Positions 37,906 to 47,254 of a DNA stretch of 64,000 bases are shown here, one piece after another; positions within the stretch are counted from its first letter, which is position 1, and every line of letters begins with the position of its first letter. The notes under the pieces are model-generated. The model was not told the DNA's origin and made no database searches. It saw only the letters and a program-made list of their open reading frames with translations. This DNA comes from Candidatus Zestomicrobium tamdykulense (GTDB lineage: Archaea > Thermoproteota > Thermoprotei_A > Sulfolobales > NBVN01). The stretch covers positions 55,980 through 119,979 of the forward strand of contig JAVVFV010000001.1 in assembly GCA_039889305.1 (NCBI GenBank), in the 5' to 3' direction. Both the position numbers and the translations under genes were made by a program.

Positions 37906-38643
37906 TTATTTGTTGTACTGGTTTATGCAGTATTTACGGAGAATCTCTTTTACTATGTCTGTAGTTGACATTAGATGTCCTCCTACCCTCTCCTTCAGTC
38001 TTTCTACAGTTATGTTTAGGCCTAGCTTCTCGCTGTTTTTTGTGAGGGTATTTTCGTCTATGGGTTGGTCAGGACCTAACAGTATTATGTCTGGCTTTAC
38101 TTTAATTACTGGTTTCATGAAGTCCTCTTCATCACCTAATATTGCCTCGTAAACGTACTTAAGAGAAGAAACTAGTGTGAGTCTTGATTTTTCATCGAAT
38201 ACTGGTTCTCTTCCTTTTATTTTCCTCACTACTGAGTCTCTAGCTACTACGGCATACACTAACCCTCTCTTATGTGCTTCCCTCACGTAATGTATGTGCC
38301 CTGGATGCAGCAGATCGAAAGTTCCTCCTACGAGGACTTTCTTAGGTTTTTCCCTCACCCACTCGAACTCGATGTTGCCCGTAAGTCTTAAGGCATCTAG
38401 TAATCCCTCACTATAAGCTATGCAAGATAATGACGTAACGTAATCACCAATACTGAAGTAATACTTTGCATCACTTAAGTAGAGTGACGCTAGTTTTATT
38501 ACCTCACTCACTTCCTTACTCTCGTTTAATACTCTTAAAGTCTTCAAGGTCTTCTCAACCATGTCTATGTAGGACTTTATTCTAGCGTAAGTATCTTCTA
38601 ACGTCAACACACTATCCCGGAGAATAAACTTCGTATACGGCAT
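37906..38643 (-). CDS. ribL: FAD synthase (archaeal FMN adenylyltransferase RibL-type cytidylyltransferase) with roughly 95-aa N-terminal helical extension
   Basis: C-terminal domain VLVGGTFDLLHPGHIHYVREA...VVARDSVVRKIKGREPVFDEKSRL...VYEAILG matches the RibL pattern. N-terminal part (LYLSDAKYYFSIGDYVTSLSCIAYSEGLLDA) resembles DUF357. Confidence 0.65.
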   Translation of the reverse strand: MPYTKFILRDSVLTLEDTYARIKSYIDMVEKTLKTLRVLNESKEVSEVIKLASLYLSDAKYYFSIGDYVTSLSCIAYSEGLLDALRLTGNIEFEWVREKPKKVLVGGTFDLLHPGHIHYVREAHKRGLVYAVVARDSVVRKIKGREPVFDEKSRLTLVSSLKYVYEAILGDEEDFMKPVIKVKPDIILLGPDQPIDENTLTKNSEKLGLNITVERLKERVGGHLMSTTDIVKEILRKYCINQYNK

Positions 38644-38752
38644 ATTATAAATAACCTAACCTCTTTCCGCTGGTCTAGATAGTGTGCTGAAATCAGTTAT
38701 TTAAATTGTTTACTTACATAGTATTTGGTGGTTAAAAACGGTTACTGAGTTA

Positions 38753-39457
38753 TTGTTTCAGAGAGACAGCTACTTAAGAAGGTTTGAAGCTGTTGTGGTT
38801 GAGTTGACGAGAGATGGTGTGATTCTAGATAAGACGGCTTTTCACCCCCTGTCTGGAGGCGTAGCTAACGATACTGGTTGGTTATACTTTGGTGAGAAGA
38901 AGTATGAGGTTAGGGACGTAATAATAGATAAGAGTTCCGGTGAGGTTATACATGTGCTTGACAGCACTGGGGGTTTGAAGCCTGGTTCCTCAGTTATTGG
39001 CGAGCTGAATTGGGAAAGGAGATACAGATTAATGAGATTGCACACCGCAGCACATATACTTTCCGCAGTCATGTACTCAAAATACGGCTCCCTAGTTACT
39101 GGAGGTAGTGTAGAACCAGATAAAGCAAAAGAAGACTACGACGTACAGGGTGATGAGAAAGAAATTTTCAGTAGAGCTGCGGAGGAAGTTAACGAAATCA
39201 TAAAAAAGGGAATAGAAGTAAAAATCTACTGGCTTAACAGAGAGGAAGCCATGAAAATACCTGGCATAGTTAAGTTAGCCGCTAGAATGCCACCAAACAT
39301 AGAGACTTTAAGGATAGTAGAAATACCCGGTGTTGACATACAAGCTGATGGCGGACCTCACGTTAAAAACACTATAGAGATAGGTAAGTTTGTTCTCCTG
39401 AAAACAGAGAATAGAGGCAAGAAAAGAAAGAGGATATACTACACGGTAGAGCCTTAA
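38753..39457 (+). CDS. alaX: alanyl-tRNA editing protein AlaX (AlaX-M type)
   Basis: HTAAHIL zinc motif, GGPHV, and an AlaRS editing-domain-like length (234 aa). TTG start. Confidence 0.8.
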   Translation: MFQRDSYLRRFEAVVVELTRDGVILDKTAFHPLSGGVANDTGWLYFGEKKYEVRDVIIDKSSGEVIHVLDSTGGLKPGSSVIGELNWERRYRLMRLHTAAHILSAVMYSKYGSLVTGGSVEPDKAKEDYDVQGDEKEIFSRAAEEVNEIIKKGIEVKIYWLNREEAMKIPGIVKLAARMPPNIETLRIVEIPGVDIQADGGPHVKNTIEIGKFVLLKTENRGKKRKRIYYTVEP

Positions 39458-39634
39458 CTAAGTCGTGTTGAGTAGTTTATTCTTATTAAGCTTATTAAGT
39501 ATAGTGAGAGATACGTCACTACCTACTTTACGACGTATTGTCTTAATCTATTCGTGAATTAAATACTTTTTGTTAATTTATTTAACAGTAAAGTTTAAAT
39601 ACCTCAAGTATAAATATAATTTGGTGAAACAAAA

Positions 39635-40336
39635 ATGCCAGGTTTAATACCGTTAATTGGTGAGCCGTTCCCTAAACTAGAGGTAGTTACTAATTACGGC
39701 AAGAAAGTATTGCCAGATGACTATAAAGGTAAGTGGTTTGTTCTCTTCAGTCACCCAGCAGATTTCACTCCAGTATGCACAACCGAGTTTGTTGCTTTCG
39801 CTATGAGACATGAAGACTTTAAGAAGCTGAATACGGAGCTTATAGGACTCAGCATAGACAGCAACTACAGCCATATTAAGTGGGTTGAGTGGATAAAAGA
39901 GAAATTAGGTTATGAGATTCCGTTCCCTATAATAGCTGATCCTAGAGGGCAGGTTGCTGAGAAACTTGGTTTGCTTCATGCTGAGTCTACTACAGCGACT
40001 GTTAGGGCTGTATTCATTGTGGATCCTGAAGGCATCATAAGAATTATCCTGTATTATCCTCTAGAGCTAGGCAGAAACATTGATGAGATACTCAGAATAC
40101 TGAAAGCTCTGCAGGTGCACGAAGAACATGGCGTAGCTATACCTGCTAACTGGCCTAACAACGAGTTGATTGGTGAGAAAGCAATAATACCACCCCCATC
40201 AACAATGGAGGAAATACCTGAGAGGTTAAGGAAGTACACGTGCTTTGACTGGTGGTTCTGCTATAAGGAAGTACCTGCGGAGGACGCATCTGTAGCAAGA
40301 GCCTTCCTGAAAAGGGTAGCAGAGACTCGTAAGTAA
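39635..40336 (+). CDS. peroxiredoxin (archaeal Prx6/1-Cys-like subfamily)
   Basis: Peroxidatic Cys motif [12 protein letters not shown]. The extended C-terminal arm with CFDWWFC is typical of archaeal Prx. Confidence 0.9.
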   Translation: MPGLIPLIGEPFPKLEVVTNYGKKVLPDDYKGKWFVLFSHPADFTPVCTTEFVAFAMRHEDFKKLNTELIGLSIDSNYSHIKWVEWIKEKLGYEIPFPIIADPRGQVAEKLGLLHAESTTATVRAVFIVDPEGIIRIILYYPLELGRNIDEILRILKALQVHEEHGVAIPANWPNNELIGEKAIIPPPSTMEEIPERLRKYTCFDWWFCYKEVPAEDASVARAFLKRVAETRK

Positions 40337-40418
40337 TTCATAGTTTTTCTGAACACAGAACAATTTTTTAACCCTAAGTTTTTAAGAACCCTCATGATTA
40401 TATCGTAGGGATCCCATA

Positions 40419-41642
40419 TTGGAGCGAGTTGAAGTGAGAGAGCTTCTGAAAGATTTAGTTGTTTTAAGAATTCTCGATAGAGACATAAGATATTTTGAGT
40501 CTCTTTGGGAAATACCTGAGGGTATTACGTATAACTCATACGTTCTTAGAACTAAGGAGGGGTTTGTCTTATTTGATACTGTGAAGCACGGCTTCTCTGA
40601 AGAATATATTGATGCTCTTAAGAAAGTAGTTGATTTGAGAGATATTAGGTATGTTGTTATTCAGCATATGGAGCCTGATCACAGCAGCTCCCTAAAAGCT
40701 CTGAGCACGTTGAGTGAGTTCAGAGCTGAGGTTTTAGGGAATCCCCTCACAGCCAAGCTCATAAAGTCTCTTTTAGGTATAGACGTTAAATTCAGGCCCG
40801 TAAAAGATGGTGATGAATTAAGACTTAGTGATACCGTGCTGAAGTTCCTTCACGCTCCCTGGCTACATTGGCCGGAAACTATTTTTACTTATATTGAGGA
40901 ACTCAAAGCTCTAATGACTTGCGACGCTTTCGGTGCTTACTCAATACCTCCCTACGTAATAAGTGATTTAACTTATTTGAAGACACAGTACGTTAGATTT
41001 ATGAGGAAATACTTCGTCAACGTAATAGGTCATTACAGAGACAATGTCATTAAAGCGTTAAGCAAGCTCACTACACTTAATCTAAAGCTAGAATTGATAG
41101 CTCCTTCGCACGGTGCTGCGTTACTTGGAGCTAACACTATTAACGAGGTTCTTAAGCTTTATCAGTCGTGGGCTGAGGGTAGGTCAGAAAACAAGAAGTT
41201 AGTTATTTTGTATACGTCTATGTACGGCTATAACGAGGAGATAGTTAAGAAGCTCCTAGAAATGATTAAGGGAGACGACATACGTGTTGAGGTATTTAAG
41301 TTCACGTCAAATTACAGGGATAACATCTCAGATTTTCTTGGAGAAGTGATTGATGCTAAGGTGGTTGTCTTAGTAACCTCAACATACGATAACTCTGTGT
41401 TCCCTATAACCAGGTACGTGCTAGAATTACTACTAACTAAATCTAATATAGAGAAACCACTCTACATAATAACTACTTACGGCTGGAACGACGCAGCATC
41501 AAGAGAAATAAGAAACATACTCACAAAATCTAAATTCAAACTTTCTAGTGAGTTATCGGTTAATAGCTTACTCACAGAAGCGGATCTCCAGAAATTAAGT
41601 AATGTGAGCAGGGAAATCCTGGCTTCTTTAGAGGCTTCTTAA
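40419..41642 (+). CDS. fprA: flavodiiron protein (FprA, metallo-beta-lactamase plus flavodoxin domains)
   Basis: Diiron motif HMEPDHSSS (H-x-E-x-D-H), a downstream HAPWLHWPE, and a C-terminal flavodoxin-like domain (VILYTSMYGYNE). Confidence 0.8.
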   Translation: MERVEVRELLKDLVVLRILDRDIRYFESLWEIPEGITYNSYVLRTKEGFVLFDTVKHGFSEEYIDALKKVVDLRDIRYVVIQHMEPDHSSSLKALSTLSEFRAEVLGNPLTAKLIKSLLGIDVKFRPVKDGDELRLSDTVLKFLHAPWLHWPETIFTYIEELKALMTCDAFGAYSIPPYVISDLTYLKTQYVRFMRKYFVNVIGHYRDNVIKALSKLTTLNLKLELIAPSHGAALLGANTINEVLKLYQSWAEGRSENKKLVILYTSMYGYNEEIVKKLLEMIKGDDIRVEVFKFTSNYRDNISDFLGEVIDAKVVVLVTSTYDNSVFPITRYVLELLLTKSNIEKPLYIITTYGWNDAASREIRNILTKSKFKLSSELSVNSLLTEADLQKLSNVSREILASLEAS

Positions 41643-41822
41643 GTCATTGAGTTACGATGTAGTTAGGTCTTTAGAAAATGAAGGATTTGCTTAAGTGTTT
41701 TTATGAGTGCATATTAGCAGGCTCCTAGCGAAATAACTGGTGAAAAAGACCTAAAAAGGCTTTCTTGCTGTTATTACATCATGAAATTAATTTCTTAAAG
41801 GTTCTTGAGTTAAGAAATCGAG

Positions 41823-42197
41823 TTACTCAACCTTAATTTCTTTCCTAGCTTCCCACAAGCCATGTATGTTGCAGTACTCTACAGCGTATATGACTCCACT
41901 CTTCTTCAGCTTTATCTTGAACTTTACTTCTGGTTCACTATACACAGGTTCTAACTCTACGGTTGTTAGTCTTATTGGGTTGAAGGACCTACCCTCCTCA
42001 TAGAAATAGAGTTCTATTCTCCTGATAGAGTGTTCTACAGTGTTGGGGTGAGGTCCTACGAAAATCTTAACCTCGAAAGCTTCGTTAGGTTTCACGGTAG
42101 CTGGTGCTTCTATTTTCGGAGTGTGTGTCTCGACTTTTGTTATTGCTTCACCAGGTGCTCTTTCCTGACTATATATTAGCTCGCCTAAACTCTTCAT
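41823..42197 (-). CDS. sor: superoxide reductase (neelaredoxin type, 1Fe-SOR)
   Basis: ETHTPKIE, GPHPNTVEHSI and CNIHGLW ligand motifs. 124 aa. Confidence 0.9.
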   Translation of the reverse strand: MKSLGELIYSQERAPGEAITKVETHTPKIEAPATVKPNEAFEVKIFVGPHPNTVEHSIRRIELYFYEEGRSFNPIRLTTVELEPVYSEPEVKFKIKLKKSGVIYAVEYCNIHGLWEARKEIKVE

Positions 42198-42368
42198 TTT
42201 GGATTCACTACCATATTTATTGTTTTGGGGTTAATAAAGATTGATTACCTAATTAAGTATCATGATAAGTTAACCGCGTTTATTTGATTCTTAATAAATT
42301 TGTGAGTATTACCTAACTTAAGCGAAATATTAGTGGAGAGTCCTATTGTTTATGCATGAAGAAATTAA

Positions 42369-42932
42369 TTACTTAAATCTTTCTTCTTTCCAAACATTTC
42401 CTCTGTGATGATATCCTAAAGCTTCCCAATACCCGTCTCTATACTCTTTAGTAAAGATTATCTCAGTTACCCACTTAGCACTCTTCCAGCCATATAAGTG
42501 TGGTATGAAGATTCTTGCTGGGAAGCCTTGCTCAAGACTTAAGGGTTTTCCGTTAATTCTTAACACGAGAAGACTTTTCTCATTGAGAAAATCTTCATAC
42601 GGTATTACTGTCGTGTACTTATCTAGGCTCTTCACATAAACCCACTCAACATCTCTTGATGGTTGTGCCTTTACAGCGAGTTTACGTAGTGAAACACCCT
42701 CCCAAATAACATTCCTCACAGACCACCCAGTAACGCAGTGGAAGTCTGAAACGTAGGATGTATCAACTATTTCAAGCAAATCATTGTAGGTGTATGTTAA
42801 AAGATTACTCACGTAGCCTCCTATTCTTAGTCTCCAAGAATCAAGATTTACTTCAGGCTGGCCGAGAATCCTGTAGATTATGAAATTAGGTATGGCTTTC
42901 TGTCCAGGAGGTAATGAGTTAAGCCCGCCCAA
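42369..42932 (-). CDS. molybdopterin-binding oxidoreductase domain protein (sulfite oxidase/YedY-MsrP fold)
   Basis: SDFHCVTGWS (Mo-ligand Cys context), WEGVSL, GFPARIFIPHLYGWKSAKWV. 187 aa, catalytic domain only. Confidence 0.7.
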   Translation of the reverse strand: MGGLNSLPPGQKAIPNFIIYRILGQPEVNLDSWRLRIGGYVSNLLTYTYNDLLEIVDTSYVSDFHCVTGWSVRNVIWEGVSLRKLAVKAQPSRDVEWVYVKSLDKYTTVIPYEDFLNEKSLLVLRINGKPLSLEQGFPARIFIPHLYGWKSAKWVTEIIFTKEYRDGYWEALGYHHRGNVWKEERFK

Positions 42933-43254
42933 AACCTACACCCTCACTAATAGTGCATAGAGACTTAATTAACTTGTTATTATAGGTTACGAACCTACAC
43001 GTACCTACGTAATCCTTCCTACAGAAAACCTTGTATGAGTATAGTATGTAGTCCGAACCTATAACTTCGTTCTCACTAAACACAATCTTGAGATCTCTTA
43101 AATTTAGTGTGTTGCTTAAGGAGTCCTTAATTAGGGATGCATGTTTATGTAGTTCCTCAATAAAGAAGACATCCTTAGGTTCGTGATCGCATGTAAAGAC
43201 AAATTTAATTCCTTTAGGTGTAAGTGCTTCAGGACTAGAGATCCGACACTTCAC
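42919..43254 (-). CDS. hypothetical protein, translationally coupled to the Mo-oxidoreductase domain protein
   Basis: 111-aa ORF whose 3' end overlaps the downstream gene by 14 nt. No motif recognised. Confidence 0.35.
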   Translation of the reverse strand: MKCRISSPEALTPKGIKFVFTCDHEPKDVFFIEELHKHASLIKDSLSNTLNLRDLKIVFSENEVIGSDYILYSYKVFCRKDYVGTCRFVTYNNKLIKSLCTISEGVGFGRA

Positions 43255-43312
43255 GAATATCCCAAAGTATTATAAGATGTAGTGGAGCTTTAAATGATTA
43301 AGGAGATTACGT

Positions 43313-43403
43313 GGTAGCCGGGCGGGGATTCGAACCCCGGTCACGGGGGTTCCTCCCATCAGGTCCAAAGCCCCGCATCCTTGGCCACTAGACGACCCGG
43401 CTC
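43313..43403 (-). tRNA. tRNA-Gln (UUG) with a roughly 15-nt intron at the anticodon loop and an encoded CCA
   Basis: Minus-strand read: AGCCGGG-TC-GTCTAGTGGCCAAGGAT-G-CGGGG-CTTTGG[ACCTGATGGGAGGAA]C-CCCCG-TGAC-CGGGG-TTCGAAT-CCCCG-CCCGGCT-A-CCA. Closely parallels archaeal tRNA-Gln. Confidence 0.85.
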
Positions 43404-43438
43404 CAGAATATTAAATATTAATCTAGCTTATAATGTTT

Positions 43439-43957
43439 TCACAGCCTGTTTTTCGTAATAACGTAGAGTATTACGGCAAGCACTGCTTGAGGAGGTGAAG
43501 AAGGATCTAGTTCTCTCACCATCACGTGCTCTCCTAAACTAAGTTCTGTTTTAGGTGGGGGTGTATCGCTACCATTGATGAGCAAAACTACCCGTCCTTT
43601 CAAGTCATTAACTACTTCCTCAATATCTCTAGAAATCTCTGTCTTAGCTATGACTAGAACTTTATCAGGTTTTAACAAATCAATTACGTCGTTAGGTGAT
43701 GGTAGGATAAGTAATGGTTTACCTAATCTGTATAAGTACTTACTCACTTCAGGTACTCCTGACTGAGCAGCCATGCCGGAAACTCTCGTGAAGACTAGAC
43801 TACTTCTTAGGTTGCTTAACCCGTAAACTAGCTTAGCAAAATCAATGAGTCTTTGCGGAGATGAAACATTACTCACTACAACGATTAGTTCTAAGTTATT
43901 CTTGTGTGGAACTAGAGTTTGTGACTCCCCAATATTTATAGGGTCTTGATTCAACAC
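43439..43957 (-). CDS. conserved hypothetical protein (possibly SPOUT-like/DUF531-type fold)
   Basis: 172 aa. The alternating beta-alpha pattern LELIVVVSNVSSPQRLIDFAKL...GMAAQSGVPEV...LLILPSPNDVIDLL suggests this fold. Assignment is tentative. Confidence 0.3.
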   Translation of the reverse strand: MLNQDPINIGESQTLVPHKNNLELIVVVSNVSSPQRLIDFAKLVYGLSNLRSSLVFTRVSGMAAQSGVPEVSKYLYRLGKPLLILPSPNDVIDLLKPDKVLVIAKTEISRDIEEVVNDLKGRVVLLINGSDTPPPKTELSLGEHVMVRELDPSSPPQAVLAVILYVITKNRL

Positions 43958-44073
43958 CTTTACTCACCAACTCACTCAACAATACAGGCTCTTTGTTAAG
44001 GAGCTAGAGTCCTCTCTTACCTCAACTATTTCATATGTAGGCTTAAAAATAATTGGTGAGGAGGTCTTAAGCA

Positions 44074-45063
44074 TCATAAACGCTTAAGTAGTTCAAGAGC
44101 TATTGCTTTAGCTAGTGGTGGCGGGACAGCCTCACCAACCTGATTATATTGCTGGTCTCTACCCCCCAGGAACACGTGATTGTCAGGAAACCCCATTAGT
44201 CTGGCTTGTTCCCTAACAGTGAGTAATCTATTCTCGAAAGGATGTATGAATCTTGAGGAACCTAATACCGTCGGCGCAACCTTGTATGGGTGCAGCCTAA
44301 TAAGGTTTGGTAAGGAACGTCCTTCAGCACCTTCATACCTAACTGCTGAGTCACCCCACTTAAGTCTAATTGCTTTCTTCAGTTTAGACTTACTGAGGCT
44401 TGGTGGTGGTTCATGATTAGGTACTTGAGGCTCTGCCGAAGGTTCTGGGAGGTCCGAGATTGCCTCCAGCACAGTGACTAACTTACTTGACTTAGGTGGG
44501 TCTATACAAACATTAGACACGAAAACCCTGAGTCTTCTTGACGGAGTCCCGTAATCTTCTGCTTTGAGGAGATTAAAGTATACATTATATCCTGCTCTAC
44601 CGAATTCCTCCTTAAGCGCTGAACTTAGGTCCCCATCTAGTATTGCGGGGACATTCTCCATAACGAAGTAGTTAGGCTCTAAACATTCGAGGATTCTTAT
44701 GAATTCCAGGACTAGCCTGCCTGTCTCGTCTTTATACAGCCTATCTAGAGGGTTTTTCATTCTGTTAGGGTTAGAGCCTGTGAAGGGTTCGCAAGGTGGG
44801 GAACCTATCACTACGTCTATCTTCTCACGGTTTAGGAGGTTACGTAGTTTCCAGCACTCAAGACTGCGTATGTCTTCCGATATGATTAGTGATTTAGGGA
44901 AGTTAGATATGTATGTTTTGGTTGAGGCTTCATCAAACTCTACCGCTAGAATAGGTTCGAAACCAGCATCATGGAATCCTCTGCTGAAGCCTCCTCCACC
45001 AGCAAATAAATCAACTAGTGAGTTCTTTCTCTTCATTAGATATTTCCTCTTCAAGCTTAGCAA
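44074..45063 (-). CDS. C5 cytosine-specific methyltransferase (Dcm/Dnmt family)
   Basis: Motif [14 protein letters not shown], motif IV GSPPCEPFT, motif VI VMENVP, motif VIII RRLRVFV, motif IX REQARLMGFPD, motif X NQVGEAVPPPLA. The start is either 45063 or the Met at 45036. Confidence 0.85.
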   Translation of the reverse strand: MLSLKRKYLMKRKNSLVDLFAGGGGFSRGFHDAGFEPILAVEFDEASTKTYISNFPKSLIISEDIRSLECWKLRNLLNREKIDVVIGSPPCEPFTGSNPNRMKNPLDRLYKDETGRLVLEFIRILECLEPNYFVMENVPAILDGDLSSALKEEFGRAGYNVYFNLLKAEDYGTPSRRLRVFVSNVCIDPPKSSKLVTVLEAISDLPEPSAEPQVPNHEPPPSLSKSKLKKAIRLKWGDSAVRYEGAEGRSLPNLIRLHPYKVAPTVLGSSRFIHPFENRLLTVREQARLMGFPDNHVFLGGRDQQYNQVGEAVPPPLAKAIALELLKRL

Positions 45064-45544
45064 TCATTTTCTTTAGGAATTCTTTAGTTAATGAGTTGTC
45101 TTCAGGTGTTAAATCAGCTCCACATTTAGGGCACTTAAAATCGTTCTCGAAAGCTTCATCAAAAGTTAATCTAACGCCATCAACATCGCACACATAGAAA
45201 GTATTGCTGGACTCAAAGTTCAACCTAGCTTTAAGCTTACTTAAGACTTCTTTTTTCCTCTGTAGGAGGACTTGGTTGAGTCTACCACCGTCTATGAACC
45301 ACGTATAAGTAAACCTCCCATCCTCAGGACTTTGCTTTTTCTTGTAAGCAACAATACCTAGTGAGTGTAGTTCGTATAAAGCTCTCCTAACCTCCTGCTC
45401 GTTAATACCTGTTTCTGAAACGATTTCTGAGTCTGTTAGTTCTTTATTACGCTTAATTAAGACCTCAAAGACTGCTCTGCCAGCATCTCCTACGTACTCC
45501 TCAATAAATTTAGATAACTCGTCTAGCTTCTTGTGCTTACCCAA
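45011..45544 (-). CDS. tfe: transcription factor E alpha (TFE)
   Basis: N-terminal winged helix ([29 protein letters not shown]) plus zinc ribbon (YVCD...FKCPKCG). Confidence 0.85.
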   Translation of the reverse strand: MGKHKKLDELSKFIEEYVGDAGRAVFEVLIKRNKELTDSEIVSETGINEQEVRRALYELHSLGIVAYKKKQSPEDGRFTYTWFIDGGRLNQVLLQRKKEVLSKLKARLNFESSNTFYVCDVDGVRLTFDEAFENDFKCPKCGADLTPEDNSLTKEFLKKMIAKLEEEISNEEKELTS

Positions 45545-46097
45545 CTCTAACCACCTTCTTCCCCTTTACTGACGGCTCTATATAGTATTTCGCATCAGAG
45601 AAAATAAGATGAAGTTCCTTGCCCTCAAAAAGCCTGTCTAAGAAAATCGCTAATGCAGCAACTTCCGAGTGTGGTTGATGACCTATCGCTACGTTGAAGT
45701 CTGCTAACTCATAGAAGATTCTCGGAACTTTAGAAGCACCAACTACTACTAACATATCTCTAGATAGAGATTTAATGGAATCAATTACGTTATCTATGTG
45801 TAAGCCGTACATTGTTAGGTGTATTACGGAACCACCAAGACTCTTCCACTCCCTAATAAACTCGACGCTGGAAACACCTGAAAGATACTTGAAGTCCTCA
45901 CAACCCCACCTTTCACAAACTTTCCTTATGCTTTCAGAAACACTTTGATCTTCTATATCACCCAACACGAAACATGATGCACCGAAAGCTCTTGCGGTAA
46001 GTGCTACGTGCGTGGTCACTCTCTTATCTCTCTCTGGTCTATGTCCTATCCTCAGGACACAAACCTTAGTTTTATTGTTGAGCAAGAGCCACCCCAA
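45537..46097 (-). CDS. trm56: tRNA (cytidine56-2'-O)-methyltransferase aTrm56 (SPOUT)
   Basis: [27 protein letters not shown] is the hallmark N-terminal motif of aTrm56. 186 aa. Confidence 0.85.
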   Translation of the reverse strand: MGWLLLNNKTKVCVLRIGHRPERDKRVTTHVALTARAFGASCFVLGDIEDQSVSESIRKVCERWGCEDFKYLSGVSSVEFIREWKSLGGSVIHLTMYGLHIDNVIDSIKSLSRDMLVVVGASKVPRIFYELADFNVAIGHQPHSEVAALAIFLDRLFEGKELHLIFSDAKYYIEPSVKGKKVVRVG

Positions 46098-46117
46098 GAA
46101 TATACTTCAGTAAGTAT

Positions 46118-47251
46118 CTAATTATGTTTATGAATGCTTGTTTTCGAAGTCTCGCTAATTCTTGGTGAGAGAAGCTCACATAAAGTCTTCTTGAGTTCAC
46201 TTAAGCCCTCACCTCTCAATGCAGAAACCTTAACTAAGCGCCAGCTCCATAAGTAGTTGGAAGTCATGTATTGTTTAACTAGGTTTTCTATGTTTTCTAG
46301 ATCATTGCTTAAGTCGATCTTGTTTAGAGCTATGACGAGAGGTTTTCCGAAGTACCCTATCTTAGATAGTATATTTAGAGACGTCCTCAGTTTCGACTCA
46401 ATAATTCTTGGTGGCTCAGAAGAATCTAGGACTAAGACTGCTAAGTCTGAGAGTGAGACTTCTTCTAACGTAGCATAAAAAGCTTCTATGACTTCGGGGG
46501 GTAGGTCTCTTATGAATCCTACAGTATCAACAAACACTACTTCAGAGCAATCAATCCATGCTAGTGCTGCTTTAGGAGAAATAGTTGTGAACATCTCAGG
46601 ACCTGTAGGTTTGTTTAACTTAGTTAGGGAATTAAACAGGGTTGTTTTCCCGGCATTAGCATATCCTGAAATAGCTACGTGGGGGAATCCTTTAGAAACT
46701 CTAAGTTCTCTTTCTTTTCTTCTCCTAGTTCTTAACTCATTTAAGTTTTTCCTTATTCTGATGAGTTTTCTCTTCATGTGGTTGTAGTATGTTTCGGTAG
46801 CATATTCTCCGGGACCCATGAAGCCTGGGAGCTCGCCAAGCTTAGCTTTCCGTATCCATTCCTTTACAATAGGTAACTGGTAAGTTATCTCAGCCATCTC
46901 TATCTGTAGCTTAGCTTCCTTAGAACCTGCGTGATCAGCAAATATTTCGAGAACCATTAGTATCTTATCTCTAACCTCTAGCTTCAGTTCTTTTATTAAG
47001 TTAACTACTTGACGTGGATGCAGAACTTCATAGATGTAGATTGAGTTTATGATTACTTTATTTGAGTTGAGTGTGTTGAGGAGATTCTTGACCTCGTTTA
47101 GGAGTCTTAAGTTAAGGAAGTAGTTCCTGTCTGGTCTGTAATTATTTCTTAGTACGAGCTTCTTAACTATGTTTAAACGTATTGTGTCGGCTAAGGATAT
47201 TGCTTCACTTAAGTCGTTTTCCCTAGCTACCAGTATTGATTTCTTACTCAT
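46118..47251 (-). CDS. hflX: GTPase HflX
   Basis: HflX N-terminal domain and coiled linker, then G domain VAISGYANAGKTTLFNSLT, DTVGF, NKID. Confidence 0.85.
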   Translation of the reverse strand: MSKKSILVARENDLSEAISLADTIRLNIVKKLVLRNNYRPDRNYFLNLRLLNEVKNLLNTLNSNKVIINSIYIYEVLHPRQVVNLIKELKLEVRDKILMVLEIFADHAGSKEAKLQIEMAEITYQLPIVKEWIRKAKLGELPGFMGPGEYATETYYNHMKRKLIRIRKNLNELRTRRRKERELRVSKGFPHVAISGYANAGKTTLFNSLTKLNKPTGPEMFTTISPKAALAWIDCSEVVFVDTVGFIRDLPPEVIEAFYATLEEVSLSDLAVLVLDSSEPPRIIESKLRTSLNILSKIGYFGKPLVIALNKIDLSNDLENIENLVKQYMTSNYLWSWRLVKVSALRGEGLSELKKTLCELLSPRISETSKTSIHKHN

Positions 47252-47254
47252 CAG

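Noticed and set aside
41663-41755. 10-bp perfect inverted repeat (TTAGGTCTTT at 41663-41672 and AAAGACCTAA at 41746-41755) in the convergent fprA/sor intergenic region, considered as an ncRNA or regulatory hairpin.
   Set aside because: The 73-nt loop shows no further pairing that I could see and no box motifs or promoter element. A single AT-rich 10-mer repeat in an AT-rich spacer could be chance or part of a bidirectional terminator region.
43313-45063. The C5 methyltransferase plus a hypothetical gene next to tRNA-Gln, read as an integrated mobile element or restriction-modification cassette.
   Set aside because: There is no integrase, endonuclease, direct repeat of the tRNA end or compositional break. 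The methyltransferase start overlaps the tfe stop, which argues for long-term residence in a housekeeping operon. It is kept as a finding only as an orphan methyltransferase.
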